64,000 nucleotides of DNA from Eledone cirrhosa (lineage: Eukaryota). The translations under genes were made by a program, and so were the position numbers. Below the pieces are notes generated by a model. The model did no database searches and was not told the origin of the DNA. It saw only the letters and a program-made list of their open reading frames with translations. Where the stretch lies: the NCBI GenBank assembly GCA_964016885.1, contig OZ024743.1:171678001-171742000 (forward strand), given 5' to 3'. Of the stretch, positions 37,359-50,400 are shown one piece after another. Positions within the stretch are counted from its first letter, which is position 1, and the number at the start of each line of letters is the position of its first letter.

Positions 37359-39430
37359 ATGAACGCTGCGTCCAACGATAATGGTGGTGGAGAGGCGCTA
37401 AGACTACAAAGCTCGCAGTCAACAACGTCTTCTTCACTAGATACTATAGAGATGGAAAGACAAAATGAAAATAAATAAACGAATTCATATTCAAACAACA
37501 CAAATGACACCAAACAATTCAATGACAACAAAAATAACAGCAAAACCAATAATTGTTTCTACTTTAGGCACAAGGCCAGCAATTACCCAGTGTATTACTG
37601 GTACTTTATTTTATCGACCCTGTAAGGATGAAAGGCAAAGTCAACCTCGGCGGGATTTGAACTCAGATCGTAAAGGGACGTAACTATGCTGGAAAAAAAC
37701 CAATAATGATGATAAAAGCAACAATGATAACAACAACAAAGAAAAAAATAAAGACAACGCCAATAACACCAGCATCAAAGACAACAACAACACCAAGGAA
37801 AATACGGATGATACCAACATCGGTGACAACAAGAATAACAACAACAATAACAACAATAATGACAACACCACCAATACGGATTCCACAAAGAAACCAAAAA
37901 TCTCCTTTGCAGAGAAAGTTCAAAAGAAAGAACAATTGATATATCTCGACATAACAAATGCTGAACACCTTTTAAAGGACGCTAAGAGATATGTCACCTT
38001 CGAAAAAAATGGTGCTTTCAGCATCAATTCTCCGGTAGAAATTCGCAAGGAAACTGCTCTCAAAACGATAGTTTTTAGGACAGTTTCCAATTCTACCCGA
38101 AAACCAGCCCAATTATCACAGAAAGAAATTGACCTGATTTTCAAAAATTCAATGAATGATATTTCATTCATTCAAAGAAGCAAACTCTTTGGGAGTATTT
38201 CGGTACTCATGAAGAATCAATTGACGGCCCAAAATTACTCTGTGTCGCCAATTGTATCCAACCTGTACACCTTTTTCCCTACATACATGGGAAAAAGGAC
38301 ACAAAAGATCAGAATCACAAGTGTCACACCAAAGGTGAACATATGGTGGATACTGTGCGGCTTCATCAATTTTGATGAAGACAGAATACTGTCAGTAGGA
38401 AAGTCCCCCAGAGATGTATTCAATTGGGACTAGCATTGAAGTTCTGGTGCAAATGAGCCCAGAGCGAATAGCTATGATCCCACAGCGTGTACTCCTGGAC
38501 GGACTCACCTACATAAACCTTTCGGTTGAGGGTAGGCGGCCTTCATGTTACCATTGCTTTAGCAGGGGTCATCTGAGGGCTTCCTGTCCTAAACTAATGA
38601 ACCAAAAAAAGGCTCTTCTGCCGACACCCATCAAAACAACACAACCACCAACACCACCACAACAACAACAACACCAACACACAAAAATAACCACAACAAA
38701 CACAGTCCCACCCAACCCCACTCCACCTAAAACCACTGCAAAATCACATAGAGACACAACAGCTCCCCAAGACATACCCCTCCCCAATCACACAGACGAT
38801 ACAACAGATGAGGCTATCTCGCCATCACCCAGTGAAGACGAGGGAGAACCCCATCGCTCGAAAAGAAAGAAAAGACATCACAAAAGCAAAAAACCAGCAA
38901 ACACTACCACAAACATACAACCACCAACACAAACAACAAAAATATCACAAACAAAACCCCCACATTATGAAAACAAAATACCTACAACAAAACGAAAGCA
39001 CACACAAGAACTACAGACAAAAACAAACACAACACAAGAAAATTACACTTACACTTACATAAACACTGAAAACAAAACACTAATGGAGACCATCACGAAC
39101 GACCCTTCGGTTTTCACCGAAGGGAAAACTTTCGCCCACTCTATTAAAAATAGCAAAAAACTGAACCTAAAACTGATTAGGGTCCCTATACAAACTTATA
39201 GGTCCCTAAAAGAAACATTTGAGAAGGATGTGGGGAATTCCTGCGTGAAACCACTCAACCGCGTCCTTCTCAAATGCCTCCCCACCCCAGACACCCCCAC
39301 CCCACCAGACCCCACCCCACCAAACATCTGCATCCCCACCCCGCCGGAAACCACCACCCATCCAGACAATCCCTCCAACACCCCCATGGAAATCGTGCGG
39401 CCTGGTCCCCAGGAGGCGAAGGGTGAGTGA
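37359..39430 (+). pseudogene. Tx1 family B ORF1, disrupted by a SINE and a frameshift
   Basis: MNAASNDNGGG start similar to family A; PTYMGKRTQ, VEGRRPSCYHCFSRGHLRASC. Confidence 0.85.
37548..37692 (-). mobile_element. Nin-domain SINE, antisense in ORF1, with 12-bp TSD
   Basis: AAAACCAATAAT at 37542-37553 and 37696-37707. Confidence 0.85.
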
Positions 39431-39463
39431 TCTCTTTTCCTCTTTTAACTTTTCAGCACCAAC

Positions 39464-42400
39464 ATGGCCAATATAAGAGTTGGATGTGTGAACGTACGCG
39501 GCCTGGGGATGCCCTGGAAACAGGGCAAACTCTTAAACAACCTCAGGTCGCATGGTATGGATGTGGTAGCCATTTGCGAGTCCAGGATCCACGGCGAGCG
39601 ACAGCTGGCCCCCATCTTCGATGACTTTGAGATCTACGCATCTCTCTGTCAACCGGGGGGAGGGGGCGGAGTTGCCGTTTTGCTGCGGAAATACCTGGGC
39701 CTCGTAACACAGACAGTACATCTGGACCCGGGGGGTCGACTGGTGGTCCTAGACGTTGACGGTAGTGAAGGTGGAGCCTTCAGGCTGGTGGCCGCATATG
39801 CCCCATCCGGGACACCGCGGCCAGACTTCTTCAAACGTCTAGAGACTTTTCTGGGAACGTCCCGCTCCTTGCTTTTAGTGGGGGACTGGAATGGAATCCT
39901 AGATGCACGTTGGGACTATGTGGGAGCATGTCCCGATAAAGGGGGGTGTAACAGTCTCAAACAGTTAATCGACCGATTTGACCTGGCCGATAGATATCGA
40001 CTAGATTTTCCGACTGCGCCAATGTGGACGTGGAGTAATCGTAGCGGAACATCTAGGTCGTACCTAGATAGGGTTCTAGTTAGGAATAAGGATAGGGACA
40101 TGTTAAGCTGTCCACAAATGTTCATGGTTGCCTATTCAGATCACAAACTAGTGACCTGCATGGCCAACCTTGATAGAACCCATAGACAAGGACCCGGCTA
40201 CTGGAAGCTGAACTTGTCGTTACCGACAAGCAAAGCCTACAGTAGACGGATTAGCAATTTAGTTAAACAGCACTTGACAGGGGCCATTGTCAACAACAGA
40301 TGGTGGTACTCTCTCAAGAGGGCAGTTAGATTAGACTCGATAGTTTTTAGTAAAGAATTAGCGTTAGATAGAAATAGAACCAAGAAGGAACTGGTAGATA
40401 AAGTAGAAGAGGCAATTAGAAGTGGCAACGTAGCCAGCGTGCTAGCAACGAGAACGGCCTTGGACCAGTTCTTCGACGCAAAGCACGAGGGCTGCGTTGT
40501 CAGAAGCAAAATACGTGCTCTGGGAAACGAGGGAGCCAAAGCTGTTAGCTGGGCCCGAGTGACGGAGGCAAAAAGTGGCAACAAGTCCACGATTCGGTCT
40601 TTGAAGGACCAAAACGGACGCGTGATACGTGAGCCGAAGCAGATGTGTGCGGCTTTTCAGCGGCACTTTGCTCGGCTGTTCGGGGGGAGCGGCGCGCCGG
40701 GAGAGGCGATGGATTTCGGTCCATACCTCGACGGCCTACCGTGACTCTCGGACAGCGAGGCAAAGTTCTGCGAAAAGCCGATTTCAGCCACTGAGATAGG
40801 GGACGCGCTGAGCCAATGCGGCAAACGCAAATCTCCAGGTCTCGACGGTCTACCCTTCGAATTTTACGTAGCAATGCCGGACTTATTCTCCGGTCTCCTG
40901 GAAGCGGTCTACTGCAACCGGCAACAGAACGGGAGAATTCCCAGTTCTGTAACCGGGGGCGTGGTCACACTAATCAGGAAGGACGAGAATAAGGGGGATG
41001 ACATAGGCAACTTCCGGTCCATAACTCTGCTAAACACAGAGTTACAGATTTTGGCCAAGGTGTTGGCAAAGAGGCTGGTGCTTGTCGTCGAGAACCTGGT
41101 GGGAGAAGCACAGACATGCGCAATCCCGACCAGGTACACGATAACCTCCACCTCATGCGATACATCATAGAGAGGGTAGGGTGTAAACCCGGCTTCGGTG
41201 GGGCCCTGATCAACTTGGATCAGTCTAAGGCTTTCGATAGGGTTGACCATCGTTACCTGGATGCGTTGCTCGAGGCGGCAGGCTTCGGACCCGTGTTCAG
41301 GGGCTGGATTGCTGCAATGCACAACAGCAACATCTGCTCAAGGGTCAAGGTGAACGGCTACCTCTCGGAGCCGTTCCATATTACGCGATCCATTCGACAG
41401 GGATGCCCTCTCTCCTCCCTTCTGTACGTACTGACTCTGAGCCACTACTGCGGAAGCTGGAGCTATTGCAGGGCATCCCTCTGGAACCGGGACTGCGGAA
41501 AGCGGCGTCGGCCTACGCCGACGACGTGACAGTAATGGTGTCGAGCGCCTCGCAAATCGAGGAAGTCGGCACCTTACTAAAGGAATACGAAAGTCTCACA
41601 GGAGCGAAGCTGAACCGGGACAAGTCCATCGGTTTGCAACTCGGATCGTGGAGAGTCAGACCGATGCCTTCCGATGGCGTCGTCGGACGCTGGACGGAAG
41701 GACCGGTAAAGCTGCTCGGGGTCTGGTTTGGTCCAGGTGGAGAAGAACTGGAACGAAGTGACGGCCAAGGTGTTTGCACTCACCCAGAAGTGGGCCGAGT
41801 GCAAACTATCCTTGAAAGGTCGAGCGGAGGTGGCGAACACTTTTATAGCGTCCGCCATCTACTACCGCTTGACCGTCGTGCCTTGTCCAGCCAAAACGCT
41901 CGCCAAAATGGAGCGCGCGCTCTTCCGATTCCTTTGGAAGAGGCGGGCTCCTTTGGTGAGAAGATCCATCTGCTGCCAACACCCTTCTAACGGAGGGCTG
42001 AGGATGCCGTGGTAGACGATGCGCAAACACGCGCTCAGGCTGCGGCATCTCTACGTATTCCTCACCGGACAACCGGTGTGGGCCCCGTTCGTGAGGCGAG
42101 CCTTCCCACGACTCGTCTCGCTGACCCAGCTGCAGTCCTGGGTCAAGCAAAGACCGAGGAAAATGGGCGACTGGCACATCGAATGTGCTCAGGCGCTCAC
42201 AGCCCTCTGGCAGGCGGACCCGGCGATCAGTGGAGACTCCACTTCGTCATTCTGTAGAGGGTTGGTCCGCTGCAAGTGCGACGACGCGCTCGGTGAAACT
42301 CTAGGCGTAGAGGAAGATGAATGGCCAGTCTGTTTGGTAGGACCTTCCGCCCGAGACCGATGGACAACTTCCAAAAGTCCCTGGCCTGGCAGTGCTACCG

Positions 42401-42887
42401 AGGAGCTCTACCAGTTCGAGACAAGCTCTACAGACATGGGCGCCCGGGCAGGGACCCTGCAAAAAAGATCTGTCCGAGGTGCGTGCGAGACGAAGAAACC
42501 GTCGCGCACGCATTCATACACTGCCCGGGCGTCACTGACCTGTGGGGCTATGTAGAACGACTATTGTCGCTGGTGGGACCAATCCAGTTGACCACCGAGT
42601 CCATTGTCATGATCAAACCGCCAACCTCCTTCAAAAACGAAGGAGTGGCGGTTTTCCTTTGTGTGATAGCTATGGCGAAAGAGGTTGTATGGTGGACAAG
42701 GTTGAAAGGGCTGAGGTCAGACACCTTTCTCTCCGGCCAACAACTGATTCTTTTTTTCAAATACCACTTTGGAAGAAGAATCAGGATGGAGAGAGAGGTG
42801 CTGTACCCTAGCAAGTTTTATGAAAGGTGGGTGAAAGTGGCGAGAATGGCCCGAGTGAATGGGCCTTCTGTCTATATCAGCCTGTAG
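39464..42887 (+). pseudogene. Tx1 family B ORF2 (APE-RT-CCHC), stops and frameshifts
   Basis: [35 protein letters not shown]. Confidence 0.92.
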
Positions 42888-43123
42888 GTTGAGGAAAAGG
42901 AGGAGGAGAGGAAAGGAGTACAAGCTCTTCGTACTCCTGGAGATGAGGGTTGCACATTTTTTTCGGGGGTATGTGTTACCCATATAAACTGTCTCCCTCT
43001 ATTGGGGAAAATCGACTAACTTTTTAAATTCCATTTGTGATAACATTTTACACGTTTTTATTGTATGTAAACTTCCCCCTTTGTATTTGTCCCCTTCTTT
43101 TGTGCCCCTGTGGCTAATAAAGA

Positions 43124-43124
43124 A

Positions 43125-43200
<76 letters not shown>
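43124..43200. repeat. (TATC)n spacer of the Tx1 array
   Basis: direct reading. Confidence 0.95.
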
Positions 43201-43202
<2 letters not shown>

Positions 43203-43219
43203 ATATATATATATCTCTC

Positions 43220-44992
43220 TATCTCTCTACCAGACGTGTGTAACTTCGCGGAGAAGTTTCCATTATTTTATGTAAGAAAAAACGTGATTTTTCAGTTAAA
43301 TTTTATATTATTGTGTAACTTGACCCCCCGCCTGGACCTTCAGATGGTGGGTCAACTCATTTTCGCCCCTACAGGGGCGAAATATTCGTTTGAAAAATGT
43401 TTTCTCCATCGAATTTAAAAAAGAAAATATCGTAAGAAGTTTGATTAGGTTATGAACGCTGCGTTCAACGATAATGGTGGTGGAGAGTCGGTAAGACTAC
43501 ATAGCTCGCAGTCAACATCGTCTTCTTCCCTAGATACTATGGAGATGGAAGAATAACAACAACAATAACAACAATAATGACAACACCACCAACACGGATA
43601 ATTCCACAAAGAAACCAAAAATATCATTTGCACAGACAGTTAAAAAAAGGAGGAACTGACATATCTCGACATAACAAATGCCAAACAACTTTTAAAGGAC
43701 GCTAGGAGATATGTCACTTTCGAAAAAAATGGTGCTTTCAGCATCAATTCTCCGGTAGAAATTCACAAGGAAACTGCTCTCAAAACGATAGTTTTTAGGA
43801 CAGTTTCCAATTCTACCCGAAAATCAGTCCAATTGTCACAGAAATAAATTGAACTGATTTTCAAAAATTCAATGAATGATATTGCATTCATTCAAAGAAG
43901 CAAACTCTTTGGGAGTATTTCGGTACTCATGAAGGATCAATTGACGGCCCAAAATTACTCTGTGTCGCCAATTGTATCCAACCTGTATACCTTTTTCCCT
44001 ACATACATGGGAAAAAGGACACAAAAGATTAAAATCACGAGTGTCACACCAACGTTGAACATATGGTGGATACTGTGCGGCTTCATCAATTTTGATGAAG
44101 ACAGAATACTGTCAGTAGGAAAGTTCCCAGAGATGTATTCAATGGGACCAGTATTGAAGTTCTGGTGCAAATGAGCCCAGAGCGAATAGCTATGATCCCT
44201 CAACGTGTACTCCTGGACGGACTCACCTACATAAACTTTTCGGTTGAGGGTAGGCGGCCTTCATGTTACCACTGCTTTAGCAGGGGTCACCTGAGGGCTT
44301 CCTGTCCTAAATTAATGAGTAAAAAAAAGGCTCTTCTGCCGACACCCATCAAAACAAACCAACCACCAACACCACCACCACAACAACAACACCAACGCAC
44401 AAAAATAACCACAACAAACACAGTCCCACCCAATCCCACTCCATCTAAAACCACTGCAAAATCACATACAGACACAACAGCACCCCAAGACATACCCCTC
44501 CCCAATCACACAGATGATACAACAGATGAGGCTATCTCGCCATCACCCAGTGAAGACGAGGGAGAACCCCATCGCCCGAAAAGAAAGAAAAGACATCACA
44601 AAAGCAAAAAACCAGCAAACACTACCACAAACATACAACCACCAACACAAACAACAACAACATCACAAAAAAAATCCGCCTCCTGAAAACAAAATACCTA
44701 CAACAAAACGAAAGCACACACAAGAACTACAGACAAAAACAAACACAACACAAGAAAATTACACTTACACTTACATAAACACTGAAAACAAAACACTAAT
44801 GGAGACCATCACGAACAACCCTTCGGTGAAAACCGAAGGGAAAACTTTCGCCTACTCTATTAAAAATAACAAAAAACTGAACCTAAAACTGATTAGGGTC
44901 CCTATACAAACTTATAGGTCCCTAAAAGAAACATTTGAAAAGGATGTGGGGAATTCCTGCGTGAAACCACTTAACCGCGTCCTTCTCAAATG
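43220..44992 (+). mobile_element. Tx1 family B 5' part (5'UTR + ORF1), 3' part missing
   Basis: Collinear with 37135-39276, with a deletion spanning the SINE site; breaks off after VKPLNRVLLKC. Confidence 0.88.
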
Positions 44993-45089
44993 TGGAATAA
45001 GTACGTTGAGTGCTTGAATTGAATTGCATCGATATTTACCTTAAGTGTCTATCTATCTATTTATCTATCTATCTATATATAAATGCAAG

Positions 45090-46042
45090 AAGATCCGGAA
45101 AACTGGGAGACTGGCACACTGAGTGTGCTCAGGCGCTCAGGGCTCTCTGGCAAGCGGGCCAGGCCATCGGTGGAGAATCCACCTCATCATTCTATAGAGG
45201 GCTGGTGGCTAGCAGGGGCGATGACACCCTTGGAGAGTCGCTGGACATGGAAGAAGACGAACTGGCCAGCCTGTTCGGTAGGACTTTCGGCCCAGGACCA
45301 ATGGACAACTTCCAGAAGTCACTGGCCTGGCAGTGCTACCGGGGGGCTCTACCCGTTCGAGAGAGGCTCTACAGACACGGGCGCCCGGGCAGGGATCCCT
45401 CAAAAAAGATTTGCCCTAGATGCGTGCGTCACGAAGAAACCGTTGCGCACGCATTGGTGCAATGTCCGGGCGTGGCTGATCTGTGGGGCTACGCCGAACG
45501 ACTGCTGTCGCGGGTGGCGCCGATTAAATTGACCGCCGAGTCCGTGATGACAATCAAACCGCCTCCCCTCTTCACAAAGGAAGCAAAGGCGGTTTTTCTG
45601 TGCGTAATAGCCATGTTGAAAGAGGTTGTTTGGTGGACACGATTGAAAGGTCTGAGGTCAGGCAACTTCCTCTCTGGCCATAGTCTGGTCTACTTCTTCC
45701 GATATCACTTCGGAAGAAGGATAAGAATGGAGAGAGAGGTGCTTGGCCACAGGCAGTTTTATGAAAGGTGGGTGATAGTGGCGAGAATGGCTCGTGTAAA
45801 TGGGCCTTCTCTGTATACCATCCTGTAGCTAAAGAAGTAAAGGAGAGGGGAGCACCTTCTCCATGTGCTCCCCGGGCAAAGGATTGCACACTTTTTCGGG
45901 GGTGTGTGCAACCCTCATCACGTCCCCTCCCTTTTGAGGTTATTTTCGATTATTTTCATGTTACACCCTTTTTACTCGATTATATGTAAACTCCCCCTTT
46001 GTATTTGTCCCTTCTTTTTATGCCTGTATGGTAAATAAAGAA
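45090..46042 (+). mobile_element. 5'-truncated Tx1 family A copy with up to 23-bp TSD
   Basis: Nearly identical to 36164-37110; ATCTATCTATATATAAATGCAAG at 45067-45089 and 46043-46065. Confidence 0.92.
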
Positions 46043-47343
46043 ATCTATCTATATATAAATGCAAGTTTACGATTCTGTGTGTCTGCCTAAAACTAGCAAA
46101 CTACCAGACCAAACTCTTCAAAATTACATATACATATTCACTATACACTCGGACAGGTAACGGGCGAAAAAGATTTACTTTGCCAAGCAAGGAATTCATT
46201 TAAATTCAATTTATCTTATTTTCTAATGAATATCAAAAGAGATCATCCATTTTGTTTTTTTATGTTCTCCAGTCTATAGATATGAGAGTGAGGGTGGGAA
46301 GAGAGAGAGTAAAGGATGAGAGAGAAAGAGAGAGTGTGGCAGATGGGAGAGAGAGTAAGGCGATGAGAGAGAAAGAGAGAGAGTGAGTGGATGGGAGAGA
46401 GAGAGAGTAAGGGGATGTGAGAGAGAAAGAAAGAAAGGGATGAGAGAGAAAGTGGGGGATGGGAAAGAGAGAGAGAGAGAGTAAGGGGATGTGAGAGAGA
46501 AAGAAAGAGAGTAAGTGGATGAGAGAGAAAGACAATGAAAAGAGAGAGTGGGAAAGTAACCAGCGTTCTTAACTTTTATATTTATTACTTTTACACACTT
46601 TTTAACTCTCCCGCTTCCTTAACGTTATTTATCTTTTCTTTATTTTTTGTTCTCTATCCCGTAGAGTAAGGGGGATGTGAGAGAGAAAAAGAGAGAGAGT
46701 GAGTAATGGGATGGGAGAGAGAGAGGGAAAGTAACAAGCGTTCATTAACTTTTATTTATTTATTATTTTTACACACTTCTTAACTCTCCCAATGTTATTT
46801 ATCTTATATTTATTTTTGTTTGCTATTGTGTAAGGATGAGAGAGAGAAAGAAAGAGAGGAGATGAGAAAGGGAAAGGGAGTGAGGCGGATGGGGAGAAAA
46901 AGACAATAAGAAAAGAGAAAAGATGGGAGAGAGAAAAAAAGTAAAGAAGCAGGAGAGAGGGAGGGTGATTGGAGCGATTCTTTAACTAACGTGTGTCCGC
47001 GTTTATATATATATTTACACACACATATGTGTGTGTTATGGGGGGGCGTTCTTTAGCAGACGATATTTGTTACCATCAAAGCTTATTTTCTACATATGTC
47101 AACATATGTAGAGTTTGTCGTTTTTTTTTTAGACAATCTGAAATCCCAATATTTTCTACATATATCTACCTATGTAGAGTTTGTTGTTTTTTGGGATACA
47201 ATCTGAAAACTCAATATTTTCTACATATGTCTAAAATTAATTACACCTAATATACATTCATATAAAGAGATCATTTAAAACAACTTTACTGAGTGAACAA
47301 TACATTCTATAGTTGTTTCTATTTCGGAAAGAGTGTGGTGTGT

Positions 47344-47412
47344 AATAATTGTTTCTACTTTTGGCACATGGCCAGCAATTAATCCAGTGCATTACTGGTA
47401 CTTTATTTTATC
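47344..47412 (-). mobile_element. Short 3' fragment of the Nin-domain SINE with 17-bp TSD
   Basis: GTGTGGTGTGTAATAAT at 47333-47349 and 47413-47429. Confidence 0.85.
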
Positions 47413-47439
47413 GTGTGGTGTGTAATAATATCACTTCAA

Positions 47440-50400
47440 ATGCCTAGAAAACGTTCCAGATCATTATATGGAAAGTCATCTTCAGAGGCTAAGAGAAAGA
47501 AAACACAGCGATCTGAAGAAAGTGAAGAAGTTCGGCATGCCCGTCTAGCTGCTAACAGAGCCCAAACAGCTTTAGCACGAGCACACCGTTTGGATGAAAG
47601 GGAACAAAGGACTGCTGCTACACGAGAACAATAAATTAAGGAACAGCAGCAAATCAGACGAAATGCTAATCAAGCACATCGTTCTACTGCTCGTGGAGGA
47701 GAACAAGCCACAAGTAAAATGAACTGCTGATGGGTGCTTTTTCTTATGACCCCCCAAAAGGACTACAGCAGTAATCCTCAAATCAACATTGGGAAAATGA
47801 ACAAATGCTGCCAGTATTGTGGTGCCAAGAAGTGGGCAGCAGAAACACCAAGTCTATGCTGCTCAAAAGGAAAAGTGGGCCTTAAAACAATACAAGAACC
47901 TCCTGAATATCTGAAGAATCTGCTCCTTCAGCATACACCAGAAGCACGACACTTCAATAAATACATCATAAAATATAATTCTGCTTTTTAAATGACATCT
48001 TTTGGGGCTGACAGGAATGTGACTGACTTTAGATTCTGTACGACTTATAACAGCACGTGTACGTCAGTGTATTTAAATATGCACTGGAGAATATGAACAA
48101 CACCAGAGATCGTAAAATAATCATTAGGGAAGACAAACGCCCAGCTTCAGAAAATTAACGCAGATTCGATGCACCTGCCGCTGATGAAGCTGCAATCATA
48201 ATGGTTGATGAACAGCATGAACGATGTGACATTATTTGGGAAAAACGAAGTGGACATTTGGAGCGAATTTGTGAAACTCATAGAGCCTATGTTTCACTCC
48301 AATACCTGCTCATCTTTTGGAATGGTCAATATGGATATCATTTTCAACTACGGCATATCAGTTCAGGAATGGGACAAGAAACTGGCCGATCAATCAGCTG
48401 CAAATAATTCTATGCTTATCATTTCATGGTACGTGACCACTTCAACCAAGTTCTGCGATTCAAAGAAGTAACCAGCCAGTTCATGGTGGACATGTATGCC
48501 AAAATTAAAACAGAAATATTGGGTTTTCTGCGAAGGAATCAAACTAAGTTGAGGGCAGATAACTACATCCACCTTAGAGATGCCATCAATTCTAATGTTG
48601 ACCCAAGAAATATTGGCCAGCCAGTCATACTGCCATCAAGCTTCACGGGAGGACCACGTTACATGCATGAACGTACGCAAGATGCAATGGCCTATGTCAG
48701 AAAATTTGGTCGGCCAGATCTCTTCATTACATTTACATGCAATTCAAACTGGTCAGAAATATCAAATGAATTATTTCAAAATCAAAACCCAAAGGATCGA
48801 CATGACCTCATTGCTCGGGTTTTCCATGAAAAGTAAAAAAAAACTCATTTGCCCCCTAAAAGAAGGAAGAATCCCTGGTGAGCTTAGTGCTTGGATGACC
48901 ACTATTGAGTGGCAGAAGAGAGGTCTTCCTCACTCTCACACACTAATCTGGTGCAAGGAGAAGATAAGACCAGATGATGTTGATAAGATCATTTTAGCAG
49001 AGTTGCCTGATAAAGGTGTTGATCCAGAGCTCTTAGAAACCATCAAGTCCAAATTAATTCATGATGCATGTGGAGTCATCAATCCAGCCTAACCATGCAT
49101 GAAAAATAAAAAATGCAGGAAACATTATCCTAGAGATTTTATTCGGGAAACTTTGACTGACAATAATGGATCCCCCCTTTATCGTAGGCGTAAACCAGAA
49201 CATGGAGGCAATACTGCAAGCCTAACAGTTCGAGGAGAGGAGCTGGCCATAAACAATCAGAGGGTCGTCCTACACAATAAATTGTGTAAACTTTTAAAAG
49301 CTCATATCAATGTTGAGTATTGCAGCTCCGTCAAGGCAATCCTATATGTCACAAAATATATCAACAAGGGCAGTGACATGGCTACCTTTATTATTGACAA
49401 AGAACTCAATAATGGTGGGCTGGATGAGGTCAAACTGTATCAAACAGGTCGATACATCTCCAGCAATGAAGCTATCTGGAGAATCTTTGGGTTTGATATA
49501 CACAAACGCCACCCGACAGTGATCAACCTCGCAGTCCATCTGGAAAATGGACAGAGAGTGTACTTCACTAAGATCACTGCTCATCAGTTGGCACAAGCAT
49601 CACATGACACTACACTAACTCCTTTCTTTAAACTCTGCCAGAATGATGATTTTTCTCGATCCCACCTATATGCTGAAGTCCCAGCATACTACACCTGGAC
49701 CAATTGCAAGACTTGGAATCGAAGAAAGCAGGGTCATTTAGTGGAAGGTCATGAAGTCAAGTCAAGTGATGCTATTGGGTGTGCTTACAATGTCCATCCC
49801 AACAACAGAGAGTGTTTTTATTTACGGCTACTTCTGCATACCGTTCAAGCACCAACGTCATTTGAGGATCTTAGCTGCTTCAGAGGAAGGGAGTGCACAA
49901 CACCAAGAAGCATGTAAACAGCATGGTCTCCTGCCTGACAATGGACACTAGAAGAAGTGCCTAGAAGAAGCAGCAATCACTCAAGTAGCCAGTTAAATAA
50001 GACAATTATTTGCTATTATGCTCACAGCTTGTGGAATTGATGAAGTTCATCTACTCAGGCACGAGTACAAAAACAATATGTCGGACGACTATCTACACCT
50101 AGCCCGAAGACATCATGGCAATATGTATATGGAATATACCCTCAGGATTTACAATCAAGCTCTCTGTGACCTGTCCCATCGAGTTCTGGCAATGAATAGC
50201 ACATTAGCTAACTGAGGGATGCCAGATTCAGATGAACAAATGGATGTAGCACAATACATTTTTCAGGAGACAAACTACGATATTCAAGCATTGCGTAAGT
50301 TTGTGGATGAAAATGGACCTCGATTGATGGATGATCAGAAATACGCCTACCACAACATCATTGAAAACATTCAAAATGACAGGGGAGGACTTTTCTTCAT

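Larger units (their letters stand above)
37135..43124 (+). mobile_element. Full-length Tx1 family B LINE
   Basis: 5'UTR homologous to family A, ORF1 37359-39430, ORF2 39464-42887, 3'UTR, (TATC)n. Confidence 0.93.

Noticed and set aside
29671-46042. Segmental duplication or assembly collapse as origin of the Tx1 array
   Set aside because: Copies have different truncation points, private mutations and, in one case, a clear TSD
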